This document shows positions 47,419 to 56,576 of a stretch of DNA of 62,617 bases, in pieces. Numbering within the stretch: the first letter of the stretch is position 1; each line of letters begins with the position of its first letter. The notes below the pieces were generated by a model. The model saw only the letters and a program-made list of their open reading frames with translations. It had not been told where the DNA came from and made no database searches. The translations under genes were made by a program, and so were the position numbers. This DNA comes from Candidatus Subterrananammoxibius californiae (GTDB lineage Bacteria; Planctomycetota; Brocadiia; Brocadiales; Subterrananammoxibiaceae). The stretch lies in assembly GCA_030586555.1 (NCBI GenBank), contig JAURAC010000019.1:6534-69150 (forward strand), written 5' to 3'.

Positions 47419-48173
47419 GCCGTATCCATTTCAGTACGAAGGATTACCCTCTTCCAATCATTTCCGCCAAAATACGAGGCGGACCCGCCTATCCTTTTGG
47501 CAAGCTTAAACACGGGCCAGCCCTGAACACGTACATTATCTCCAGAGACTGTAAAAGGTTCTCCGCTATCACTAACCTTTTGAAAGCATTTCACTTCAAT
47601 GGGGTGAATATGTTCGCCGAGGTGAAGATTGTTAATTGAGGACTTTCTAACGGTGGCTTTTCCATTGTCAAAAATGCTTATTATGCACTCTGAGAATAGA
47701 AGCATTCTGTAGGCAATAGCTTCATGGCTGGCGGTAGAATAAATCTTTTTCAATTCGAGCAGGTCAAAGTTGTGTGTCTTTGCATCCATTTCAAACCATT
47801 GTGCAGGCATAAGCAGTGAAGAAGCCATTGCGTTACATGCCTTTTCAAGGTCTTCTCCGGTTAATTTGTCCGCCCCGGCGAATCCGCCTGTGGCGTGACC
47901 TGCAAGACGGTGCTCGGCAATTTCATGGGCTATGGTGAAGTGTTTTCTTTCCGATTTATTCGGGCTATTTACGATAATCTCGTCTTTGCCCCACCGCCTT
48001 CTCTTGTATCCCCTGGTCTTAAGCTCTTCGTCAATGCCAATCTCGTAATTGAGTTTCTCTGCCACGAGGAATGCGTCAACGGGTGGATATTCTATGAAGC
48101 ATATTTCAAGAATTTTTGAAACCTCTTCTTCTATAATATCAATATAGTTATGTGGTAAATGAAGGTTTGCCAA
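47415..48173 (-). CDS. ImmA/IrrE family metallopeptidase (HExxE variant)
   Basis: PPVD...A, FTIAHEIAEH and E..CN..A..LLMP; stop overlaps the xrtH start (ATGA). Confidence 0.8.
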   Translation of the reverse strand: MANLHLPHNYIDIIEEEVSKILEICFIEYPPVDAFLVAEKLNYEIGIDEELKTRGYKRRRWGKDEIIVNSPNKSERKHFTIAHEIAEHRLAGHATGGFAGADKLTGEDLEKACNAMASSLLMPAQWFEMDAKTHNFDLLELKKIYSTASHEAIAYRMLLFSECIISIFDNGKATVRKSSINNLHLGEHIHPIEVKCFQKVSDSGEPFTVSGDNVRVQGWPVFKLAKRIGGSASYFGGNDWKRVILRTEMDTA

Positions 48174-48189
48174 TTGAGTTATTTAATAA

Positions 48190-48726
48190 TTAATGCTTTT
48201 CTTTCTTTACGTGGTTATAAAGCGTATTTATCAAGCCTATAAGCAAATCACGCTGGGGACTGCTCAATATCATTTTGCACTTGTCTAATATTTCATTCTC
48301 TTTGATATGTTTATTGACCCAGTACTCTGGGTCAAGGGGTTCACCTCCGTATCCACGTATCGAGGCGAGTTCCTCGATGTCTAATTGTGATAATAATGCA
48401 AGCTTTTCTGGATGAGTATTAAGATAATCTTGAAAGCTGTTGGGTAAGATAGACGTATCAATTTTTGCAGGATAGGGGCGAGTTTCTTCTGCCAGACGGT
48501 CTGTTCTTGTGGGTGGATAACCTTTCGCGTCATCAATTAGATATTCAACAGTGACTCCAAACGCCCTTGCTACCGCTAATGCGTGTTCGCCAGAGGGTTT
48601 CCGATTAAACTGCTCGTAAGACTGGTAAGTGGTTACTGGAATCTTTGCCCGTCTTGCAGTTTCTGACCGACACCAACCCTTTTCTGCTCGTAGATGCATC
48701 AACTTTTCTTTTATATTTGTGCCCAT
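48190..48726 (-). CDS. XRE-family HTH transcriptional regulator
   Basis: LR..KGW...E.A..A.I...T...YE...RKP.....VARAFGVTVEYL. Confidence 0.85.
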   Translation of the reverse strand: MGTNIKEKLMHLRAEKGWCRSETARRAKIPVTTYQSYEQFNRKPSGEHALAVARAFGVTVEYLIDDAKGYPPTRTDRLAEETRPYPAKIDTSILPNSFQDYLNTHPEKLALLSQLDIEELASIRGYGGEPLDPEYWVNKHIKENEILDKCKMILSSPQRDLLIGLINTLYNHVKKEKH

Positions 48727-48774
48727 ATCAAATATTTCAATGCTCTTTTTTTTGCTGTTTTTCTTGGGGGAAAA

Positions 48775-49479
48775 TCAGTGCTTCCTGCATATAAGAAATA
48801 ACGATTGACCCAGAGGAGGGGGAAAAATTCCCTCGACAAACTTTAAAAAAGGTACCAGTTTTTCATACGTTCTTAGCTGTCCAATTGGAATAATAGCCTT
48901 CTTTAATATCGCACTATTTAAATACCAACCAAATATGCCTACTATATTGATATAGCGTTGCTCCAATACCTCGAACCCGTGCTGAAGGACCTTTGTACGA
49001 ATCTCCTTTTTAGAATATCTTCGGTAGTGTCCAAGGTGCGCATCTAAAGTACCGTAAAGGCATTTTATTGCGGGTACTTTTAGCACGAGAATCCCTCCTA
49101 CTGGCAGCAGGTAATTTAAGTTTCTCAACGCCATGTTATCATTTTCTATGTGCTCAAGTACATCAAGGCACACAATGGTGTCAAACATAACATTACTAAA
49201 ATTTTGCAACCTGATAATGTCGCTAAGGTCCCATTTAACTACGCCAATGAAATTAGGAGTATCTTTATATGCCTGTTCAACTGTGTGAAGGTAGCTTCCG
49301 GAAATATCAGATGCTACCACCTTTCCTTTTCTCAGAAGGTAACGTGTAAAAGTCCCCCTGCCACAACCAGCTTCCAGGATTACGCTTCCGATAAACGGTT
49401 CAATGATTTCAAACGTCCAACGGTTGTAACTTTCCACACTGGATAAAAGCTCCAGTGTTTTCTCTCCTATAGGGTCCAA
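48775..49479 (-). CDS. Class I SAM-dependent methyltransferase
   Basis: ILEAGCGRG, FDTIVCLDVLEHI, VPA and GHYRRY. Confidence 0.88.
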   Translation of the reverse strand: MDPIGEKTLELLSSVESYNRWTFEIIEPFIGSVILEAGCGRGTFTRYLLRKGKVVASDISGSYLHTVEQAYKDTPNFIGVVKWDLSDIIRLQNFSNVMFDTIVCLDVLEHIENDNMALRNLNYLLPVGGILVLKVPAIKCLYGTLDAHLGHYRRYSKKEIRTKVLQHGFEVLEQRYINIVGIFGWYLNSAILKKAIIPIGQLRTYEKLVPFLKFVEGIFPPPLGQSLFLICRKH

Positions 49480-49498
49480 AAGACCTCACTTTTTTGCT

Positions 49499-50191
49499 TT
49501 AATTAATAAATCTAAATTTAAGAAGCGTCCAGATGGCTGAAAATCCATCCTTCCAACCAATTTTTTTACCTTCCTCATAGTCTCTTCCTGTGTACGTTAT
49601 GGGCACCTCAAAGAGCCTGGCGCGTCTTTTTAATATTTTTGCTGTAATCTCGGGTTCAAAGTTAAAGCGCTTTGAACGAATCCTAATGCCCTTAATTACA
49701 TCTGCCCGAAAAGCCTTATACCCTGTTTCCATATCGGATAAAGTGGAGTTATAAAGAAGATTTGTTAAGAATGTTAGTGCCCTATTTGCAATATAATGCC
49801 AGAACATGAATGAGCGGTGGACGCCTAAAAACCTTGTCCCATAAACAACGTCAGCCCCATACTCTACTATAGGCTTAATTAAGATGGGGTACTCGTTAGG
49901 ATGATACTCTAAATCAGCGTCTTGAATAATGATAATGTCTCCCGTTGCTTCCTTTATCCCCGTCTGAATGGCGGTTCCTTTTCCGGCATTCTTTTGATGA
50001 TAAAATACCTTAATCGGATTCGAATCTTTTTCAATAAAATTGAGCATTTCCCTTGTGCCATCCGTTGAGCCATCATCAATTACAATAATCTCCTTTTGGA
50101 TGCCTCCCAGGTCAACATCGAGAATCTTATTTAATATAATCCTTATAGTTTCTTTTTCGTTATATGCAGGGACGATAATTGATAGTTTCAT
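49499..50191 (-). CDS. GT2 polyprenyl-phosphate glycosyltransferase
   Basis: [32 protein letters not shown] and FEPEIT. Confidence 0.9.
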   Translation of the reverse strand: MKLSIIVPAYNEKETIRIILNKILDVDLGGIQKEIIVIDDGSTDGTREMLNFIEKDSNPIKVFYHQKNAGKGTAIQTGIKEATGDIIIIQDADLEYHPNEYPILIKPIVEYGADVVYGTRFLGVHRSFMFWHYIANRALTFLTNLLYNSTLSDMETGYKAFRADVIKGIRIRSKRFNFEPEITAKILKRRARLFEVPITYTGRDYEEGKKIGWKDGFSAIWTLLKFRFIN

Positions 50192-50207
50192 TTGTCGTTA
50201 CGGTTTT

Positions 50208-52697
50208 CTACTTTTTGAGCTTACATAGTCTAAAACGGATTAAAAGAAAAGTTACCCCAATTACTGATATTATACTTATTATTAACCCAATCTTAAATGT
50301 CCACGGGTCATAAATAAATTCCACCTTATGTTCACCGGGTTCAAGAAGCAATGCCCGGAAGGCATAATTTGCCCTGTAAATATGTGCCGGTTTCCCATCT
50401 ACGTATGCCTTCCAACCTGGATAGTAGGATTCGCTCGTAAAAAGGAACTTTGGTTCTGCTGCATTTGCTTGTAAGGCAATCGAATTTGCATTATAACGTG
50501 TTATTTCTACCTTTTCTACTATTTTCTTCTGCTCATGATTCTGGTTGTGTTGCAGGATGGGATTCTCCTCTAATAAAACTAATTTAGATGGATTAAATTC
50601 CATACTGCTAAGGATTTTCTCACATTCCTCCCCAGAGGAGACAACCTTATAATCCTTCACTAAAAATGCCCTGGGAAGGCAATCAATGTTCTGATAGATT
50701 CTAACCCTTGCTATGTAAAATTTTTCAATAGCCTCGTTTATTTTTTTGTTTGAAAACAAATCGGGATTCATACGAATTTTACCTGCATGCATCTTATCAC
50801 TAAGTTCAAGTATATCTGATATATTCATATTAACCATTTTTAGTTTATCAGATATTATTTGTTGGCTGGAAATTATATATTTGACGTTCATCAAGTCGAG
50901 GAGATTTGAACTGTAGAGCGCAGGTGCAGTCAATATTAGTTTATCTAAATCAGCAACCCTTTTTAACTTCGTGACATCCTTGCCACAAATATCGAATATG
51001 TGTCTTTCGATACCCAGTCCTGGATTTATCTTCTGGAGGTTTAAATTAGTACGGTCTTTTCCTTTTCCTTTTGTTTGAGAAGCCACAAGTATACGTTCAT
51101 CTTCTGTCTCTGGCGTAACAAAAATCCTGAAAAGGGATTTATCTGACAGGATAAAGTCTATGTTTGAGCTTGTTCCATGATATGTTTTTGAAAGCGTTTT
51201 AAGATAGAAGCCCTGATGCGCAAAGAAGAGGTCAAATGTCAAAGGAACAAGTACCGCAAGCGGCAAAAATTTTCTTGTGGCGGTAAACTTAAGACCTATA
51301 AACACCACAAGCCCGAAGATAGAGGTAATATATAAGAGCCTTTTTATATTTTCGATATTATCTGCCAAAATATTGTAATTAGGCGCATCAAATCCTTTAA
51401 GATGCAGTAAATTTGATATAGGCGTCTCAAAAAAATTCAAGATTCCAAACATAATGGCTGCAAGTAATCCAAATGCAGAGATTCCATAAACCAGCCTTCT
51501 GACCAATAGGCTTTTTTCTCTTATTCCATATATAAGACGGTCGTACCCGAGCCCTGCGGTAACTGAAATAGCAATGGTTGTCAGAAATAGAAATTTTACC
51601 GGATAACGCATCTTATTAAAGTAAGGCACGTATTTATAAAGATAAAAGTAGATAGGCGTATGCCACCCAAAAGCCAGTATTAAAGAACCAGCTATAATAA
51701 CCAGAAAGGCATACAATACCCTTTTATCCCTTTTTACGAAAAAGAAGAGAGAGAGCAAAAACGGAATAGTGCCAAGATAAATGGTTTTGATATAGTTCTG
51801 CTCTATCCAGTATTTTTCTGGACGTAATTTATACCCATATAAATCTAACAGGAAGAATTGTACTAAATCCCTCGGATGCATTGACCACATAGTAGCCGCT
51901 TCGTAACTAAATGCGTCAGCCCTGATTGAGTGGGTGGATAATTCCATAAATGGTAGAAGTTGAACTGCCGATAACCCCAAGAAAATGGCTATGAATACGC
52001 CAAGATAACAAAGTCTTTGTTTCCAGGGTAGGGGCACGTGTCCGCCTGTAGGGGCGACCCGCCGGGTCGCCCCTACATTCCAAAAGAGTGTAAGGAGGCA
52101 GACCATTATAAGGGTAACATAAACAATCTCTACGCCTCCTCCAAGAAACATCGTACAAGCTGCCAATGCTGAGAAAATAATAAACTTAAAACTTTCTTTT
52201 TGGAGACCTAAAAGAAACAGTAAAAATACTAAGGGCGCCCAAGCAACGGAAAGCAAGTTATTCAAGAAGCAATGAATGGAGAGCAAATAGCCGCCGAGCA
52301 TAAGGGTTATTGCAGAAATCAAAGATGCGCAATAACCGGCTTTTAAACATCTCATCAAAAGATAGGTAAAGAGCCCCGTAAGAAAGAAATGGAGCACTAT
52401 TGTGTAATTGAACGCTAAATCAAATGGCAGGAGAAGATAGATGATACTTAGCGGATAAAGAACGCCGGGCTGGATGGTTGCAAAAAGGGGATAACCGTTA
52501 AGACTATATGGGTTCCAAAAAGGAAATGTACCATTTTTTACCAACTCGACCCATAAAAATCTGGGAGGAATAAAATAGCACCATAGGTCACGTTCAATCA
52601 GGAGGTATTTTCCTGACAAAACATCATGAAAATAAAGTGCTGCTAGGGATAGGAGGATGAGGGTAATTAATGCTGTCCAACGCCAATTAGAGTTCAT
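50208..52697 (-). CDS. YfhO-family membrane (GT-C) protein, paralog 1
   Basis: PFWNPY...G.P, QLLP..EL, ESYYPGWKAYVDG and RANYAFRA. Confidence 0.85.
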   Translation of the reverse strand: MNSNWRWTALITLILLSLAALYFHDVLSGKYLLIERDLWCYFIPPRFLWVELVKNGTFPFWNPYSLNGYPLFATIQPGVLYPLSIIYLLLPFDLAFNYTIVLHFFLTGLFTYLLMRCLKAGYCASLISAITLMLGGYLLSIHCFLNNLLSVAWAPLVFLLFLLGLQKESFKFIIFSALAACTMFLGGGVEIVYVTLIMVCLLTLFWNVGATRRVAPTGGHVPLPWKQRLCYLGVFIAIFLGLSAVQLLPFMELSTHSIRADAFSYEAATMWSMHPRDLVQFFLLDLYGYKLRPEKYWIEQNYIKTIYLGTIPFLLSLFFFVKRDKRVLYAFLVIIAGSLILAFGWHTPIYFYLYKYVPYFNKMRYPVKFLFLTTIAISVTAGLGYDRLIYGIREKSLLVRRLVYGISAFGLLAAIMFGILNFFETPISNLLHLKGFDAPNYNILADNIENIKRLLYITSIFGLVVFIGLKFTATRKFLPLAVLVPLTFDLFFAHQGFYLKTLSKTYHGTSSNIDFILSDKSLFRIFVTPETEDERILVASQTKGKGKDRTNLNLQKINPGLGIERHIFDICGKDVTKLKRVADLDKLILTAPALYSSNLLDLMNVKYIISSQQIISDKLKMVNMNISDILELSDKMHAGKIRMNPDLFSNKKINEAIEKFYIARVRIYQNIDCLPRAFLVKDYKVVSSGEECEKILSSMEFNPSKLVLLEENPILQHNQNHEQKKIVEKVEITRYNANSIALQANAAEPKFLFTSESYYPGWKAYVDGKPAHIYRANYAFRALLLEPGEHKVEFIYDPWTFKIGLIISIISVIGVTFLLIRFRLCKLKK

Positions 52698-52707
52698 TAC
52701 CTTAGGA

Positions 52708-53130
52708 TTATTTCATCTTTAACAGGGGTAAATAAGGAGACTCGGGCCTCGGCATTAATTTACCTTCTTTACAATCCACCAAAAGGTCGAGCCTTTCTAA
52801 GATAATTTGCCCAAGTAATGGCTCACTTGCAGGTGGTCCTACAACACAGTCTGTCTTCATACTTCTTTCACCAACCTTCACTATTAGAGTCCCGGCAATA
52901 GGTCTTTCTTCTTTTTGTTCATTCGCATAGGTCACTATTACATTCTCACTTTCTATCTTAAGTCCCAATTTTTCAACTAAATCTTGTGGCAATACTAACG
53001 TTGTACAATCTGAATCTGCCAGAACTTTAATTTTCTTAGACCTTACCTTTTGAGGTTCAAGATAACCCATTTCAGCCAAAACTCTATCCCTGAAATTTTC
53101 TAAATCAATCTCTACATATACATCGCCCAT
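52708..53130 (-). CDS. Retropepsin-like (clan AA) aspartyl protease family protein with altered DTG motif
   Basis: MG.VYV.I.L.N..D, LADSDCTTLVLP and PLLGQIILE.LDL.VD. Confidence 0.75.
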   Translation of the reverse strand: MGDVYVEIDLENFRDRVLAEMGYLEPQKVRSKKIKVLADSDCTTLVLPQDLVEKLGLKIESENVIVTYANEQKEERPIAGTLIVKVGERSMKTDCVVGPPASEPLLGQIILERLDLLVDCKEGKLMPRPESPYLPLLKMK

Positions 53131-53146
53131 TTTATTTCTCCATTAT

Positions 53147-53334
53147 TACGATGCAATTAATAACTTCTGCAAAATTGCCTTTTGTTCCCCCTTACCAAAG
53201 GGGGATTCAGTGGGTTGTGTTGTTTTATTCCCGCATAAAACAACCCCCTTACCCCCTTTATTAAGGGGGGAATTATGCCTTCTGCAGGTTACCTTCTCCC
53301 TCAAACACCATTTTGCAGAAGTCATACGATGCAA
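53147..53334. mobile_element. MITE-like element with 13-bp terminal inverted repeats and a nearby 10-bp direct repeat
   Basis: ACTTCTGCAAAAT (53163-53175) and ATTTTGCAGAAGT (53310-53322); TACGATGCAA at 53147-53156 and 53325-53334; internal CCCCCTT...AAGGGGG hairpins. Confidence 0.65.
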
Positions 53335-53339
53335 CTACT

Positions 53340-55772
53340 TTAAAATCTCAACTTACTTTTTTGAAGTATAAAACTCGTTATACAAATTGTTATTGCGGTG
53401 ATTATTAAACCAACCTTAAATGTCCACGGGTCATAAACAAACTCTACTTTATGTTCGCCTGGTTTAAGAAGCACTGCCCTAAATGCATAGTTAGCCCTGT
53501 AGATATGTGCCTTTTCTCCATCTATGTACGCCTTCCAACCAGGATAATAGGATTCGCTCATAAAGAGGAATTTAGGCTCAGATAGACTAACCTGTAACCA
53601 GACCGAGTTAATATTATATTGCAATATAGCTACTTTTTCTATTATTTTTTTATGACCCTGGGATGCGTTGCTATCGTTCGGAACGATAGGGGGATGGAAA
53701 TTATGAGGAATTTCATCGAGTAGCAGTAATTCAGTCGGGTTAAACGCTTTACTCTGCATGATATTTTGATATTCCTCCTCCGAGGCTACAACCTTATAAT
53801 CCTTCACCAGGAACACCCTCGGGAGGCAATTAAGGTTCTGATAAACCTTAACGGTGTTTGCCTTTTCAAGTTCATCCATTTGAGCTTCAGTGATAGGAAT
53901 ATTCATATTAACCAATTTTAGCTCATCTGATTTTATCGGTGGCACAGAGATTATATACTTAACATTCATTAGATTGAGGAGGTTTGTGCTATCTGCACCT
54001 GGCGCAGAGGTTATCAAATTATATAAATGCCGCGTTCTTTTTAAAATCATAACCTCCGAGCCCCACGTGTCAAAGATATGCCTTTCAACATTTAAACCGG
54101 GTGATACCTTTTCGAGCCTCACACCGATAATATCAATTCCTTTGGATTGGGCTGAAGTAACCACAACGGTATCATCTTTCATCGTCTTTGGCGTTGTAAA
54201 AATTCTGAAAAGGGATTTGTCTGATAGTATGAAATCCATGTTTGCGCTTTTCCCGTGATAAGCCTCTGAAGGCGTTTTAAGATAGAAGCCCTGTCCTGCA
54301 AAGAAGAGGTCAAATGTTAAAAGAACAAGCACCGCAATTGGCAAAAATTTTCTTGTGGCTTGACGCTTAAGACCTACAAATATCACAAGCCCGAAGATGG
54401 CGGTTATACATAAAAGCCTTTTCATATTGTGAATGTTGACAAATAGGTCATTATAATCGGGCGCGCCAAGTCCTTTTGACTTCAAAAAACTTGAGATACC
54501 TGGCTCAAAAAAATTAATGCATCCAAACGCAAGCGCTGTAAAGAAGCCAAATGCAAAGATGCCGGAAACAAGCCACCTCACCCCCTTAGAGGGGGAGGAG
54601 AGAGGCAGGGGAGCATTTATACCATTCCGAAGACGGTCATATCCAAGCCCCGCAGTAACTGAAATAATAAGGGTTGTCAGGAACAGAAATTTTACCGGGT
54701 AACGTATCTTATCAAAGTAAGGTACATATTTATAAAGATAATAATAGACAGGCGTATGCCCACCAAAAGCAAGTATTAAAGAACCAGCTATAACAATTAA
54801 AAGGGCACATAATACCCTTTTATCCCTTTTTACGAAAAAAAAGAGGGATAGCAAAAACGGAATAGTCCCAAGGTAAATGGTCTTTAGCCAGTTTTCTTCC
54901 TCCCAGTATTTTTCCGGGCGCAATTTGTACCCGTATAAATCTGGCAGGAAGAATTGTAATAAATCCCTCGGATGCATAGACCATGTTGTAGCCTCTTTAA
55001 AGCTGATGCCTCCAGCTCTGATTGAGTGGGCAGATAGTTCAATAAATGGTAGAAGCTGAACGGCTGAGACCCCCAGAAAGATGGCTATGAATATGCCGAG
55101 ATAGCCTAACTTTTTGAAAAAACCGGGTGGCATGGACAAACTTGTTTGTCCGTGCCAGAAAAAGGTTAGCAGGCAAATCATTATAAGGGTAACATAAACA
55201 ATCTCTACTCCTCCTCCAAGAAACATTGCACAGGCTGCTAATCCTGAAAAAATGATAAACTTAAGGCTTTCTCTCTGAAGACCCGAAAGAAACAGCAAGA
55301 ATACTAAAGGCACCCATGCAACTGAAAGCAAATGCGTCAATAGATTATGAACGGAAAGAAGATAGCCGCTGAACATGAAGGTAATTGCAGAAATCAAAGA
55401 TGCGCCATAGCTGGCATTTAAACACCTCAGCAACAGGAATGTAAAGAACCCTGCAAGGAAATAATGAAGCACTATTATGTAATTAAACGCAAGGTCGAAG
55501 GGCAGGAAAAGATAAAGAATGTTTAGGGGATAAAATACACCTGCCTGTAAGGTAGCAAATAGGGGATGACCGTTGAGATGGTATGGATTCCACAGCGGGA
55601 ACATGCCATGCTTAACCAACTCTACCCATAAAGCTCTGGGGGGTATAAAAAATACCGCTAAATCACGTTCGGTTAAAAGATAGGCGCCGGAAAGGATGTC
55701 GTAAAAATAAATCACCGCCAGGGAAAGCAGTCCAAAAACAGGTAACGCTATCCAGCGCCTATTTGATTTCAT
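53340..55772 (-). CDS. YfhO-family membrane (GT-C) protein, paralog 2
   Basis: Collinear and highly similar to 50208-52697. Confidence 0.85.
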   Translation of the reverse strand: MKSNRRWIALPVFGLLSLAVIYFYDILSGAYLLTERDLAVFFIPPRALWVELVKHGMFPLWNPYHLNGHPLFATLQAGVFYPLNILYLFLPFDLAFNYIIVLHYFLAGFFTFLLLRCLNASYGASLISAITFMFSGYLLSVHNLLTHLLSVAWVPLVFLLFLSGLQRESLKFIIFSGLAACAMFLGGGVEIVYVTLIMICLLTFFWHGQTSLSMPPGFFKKLGYLGIFIAIFLGVSAVQLLPFIELSAHSIRAGGISFKEATTWSMHPRDLLQFFLPDLYGYKLRPEKYWEEENWLKTIYLGTIPFLLSLFFFVKRDKRVLCALLIVIAGSLILAFGGHTPVYYYLYKYVPYFDKIRYPVKFLFLTTLIISVTAGLGYDRLRNGINAPLPLSSPSKGVRWLVSGIFAFGFFTALAFGCINFFEPGISSFLKSKGLGAPDYNDLFVNIHNMKRLLCITAIFGLVIFVGLKRQATRKFLPIAVLVLLTFDLFFAGQGFYLKTPSEAYHGKSANMDFILSDKSLFRIFTTPKTMKDDTVVVTSAQSKGIDIIGVRLEKVSPGLNVERHIFDTWGSEVMILKRTRHLYNLITSAPGADSTNLLNLMNVKYIISVPPIKSDELKLVNMNIPITEAQMDELEKANTVKVYQNLNCLPRVFLVKDYKVVASEEEYQNIMQSKAFNPTELLLLDEIPHNFHPPIVPNDSNASQGHKKIIEKVAILQYNINSVWLQVSLSEPKFLFMSESYYPGWKAYIDGEKAHIYRANYAFRAVLLKPGEHKVEFVYDPWTFKVGLIITAITICITSFILQKSKLRF

Positions 55773-55824
55773 TCACGTTAATTTGCCAATGGTGAGACTG
55801 AAAAGTCTCCGTATATAGCTATAG

Positions 55825-56205
55825 CTAAAAAGCAGGCGCTACCTGAGCCATAACTGTACCTGCTTGGGGAGTATAGGTCCATGTAACCGTAGCAGCGGCT
55901 GGGTTGCCAATAGTGGCTGTGATGACGGCAGCGCCTGCAGCCAATGTAACGTCTACCGTATCTACCCCGTTTGTGACAGATGTTGCATTATAAGCAGTCC
56001 CTGCGAGCAAATACTGGGAATGCAATACCGTAATAGAGCCTCGCAAGGCCGCGGTGACGCCCTTTGCAACACCCTTTGCCGCATCTGAGGATAGAGATAT
56101 AAACCTGGGAATTGCTACTGCGGCAAGGATGCCCAGAATCACTATCACAATAATAAGCTCGATTAACGTAAAGCCCCTTTCCTGTCTTCCTTTTCTTAGT
56201 ATCAT
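55825..56205 (-). CDS. Type IV pilin / prepilin-type N-methylation protein (MshA-like)
   Basis: G|FTLIELIIVIVILGILAAVAIP; the GGAGG RBS favours ATG 56205 over 56223. Confidence 0.9.
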   Translation of the reverse strand: MILRKGRQERGFTLIELIIVIVILGILAAVAIPRFISLSSDAAKGVAKGVTAALRGSITVLHSQYLLAGTAYNATSVTNGVDTVDVTLAAGAAVITATIGNPAAATVTWTYTPQAGTVMAQVAPAF

Positions 56206-56380
56206 TTTATTTTTTCCCTCCATATTTCCACTATTGATAGAATGTTTTTATCTTGCTTTGCCAGGTCTTTCCAGTGTTGTTTTTTTGTGTTCTTACCACC
56301 CCCCATCTTTAACTTCAACATACTAAAGAGCACGGCTTAAGTATTAAGAATTTATAAAATAACCTATGGTAAAACCATTA

Positions 56381-56395
56381 GCAAATCTCATTCCT
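56381..56395 (-). promoter_or_regulatory. Possible sigma54 promoter of the pilin
   Basis: AGGAATGAGATTTGC (GG-N10-GC), an imperfect match. Confidence 0.3.
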
Positions 56396-56576
56396 ATAAT
56401 TAATACAAATGAATCTATGTTTAATAATAGCAGTCTGTTAGACCAGAGGCGCACACTTTGTGCTTAAGAAAACAGCTTCATCTATGTATAAAAAATATTC
56501 ATATATTAAAAATTCTTAGGAATCATAGCATAAGAAGGCTACATTGCAAGAACAAAGTATACATTTTTCTATTTTA

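Noticed and set aside
47415..48726. Prophage or ICE marked by ImmR/ImmA
   Set aside because: No integrase, att-like repeats or phage/conjugation genes nearby.
53146..53334. 62-aa ORF as a small gene or transposase
   Set aside because: It spans only the MITE hairpins and has no transposase motifs.
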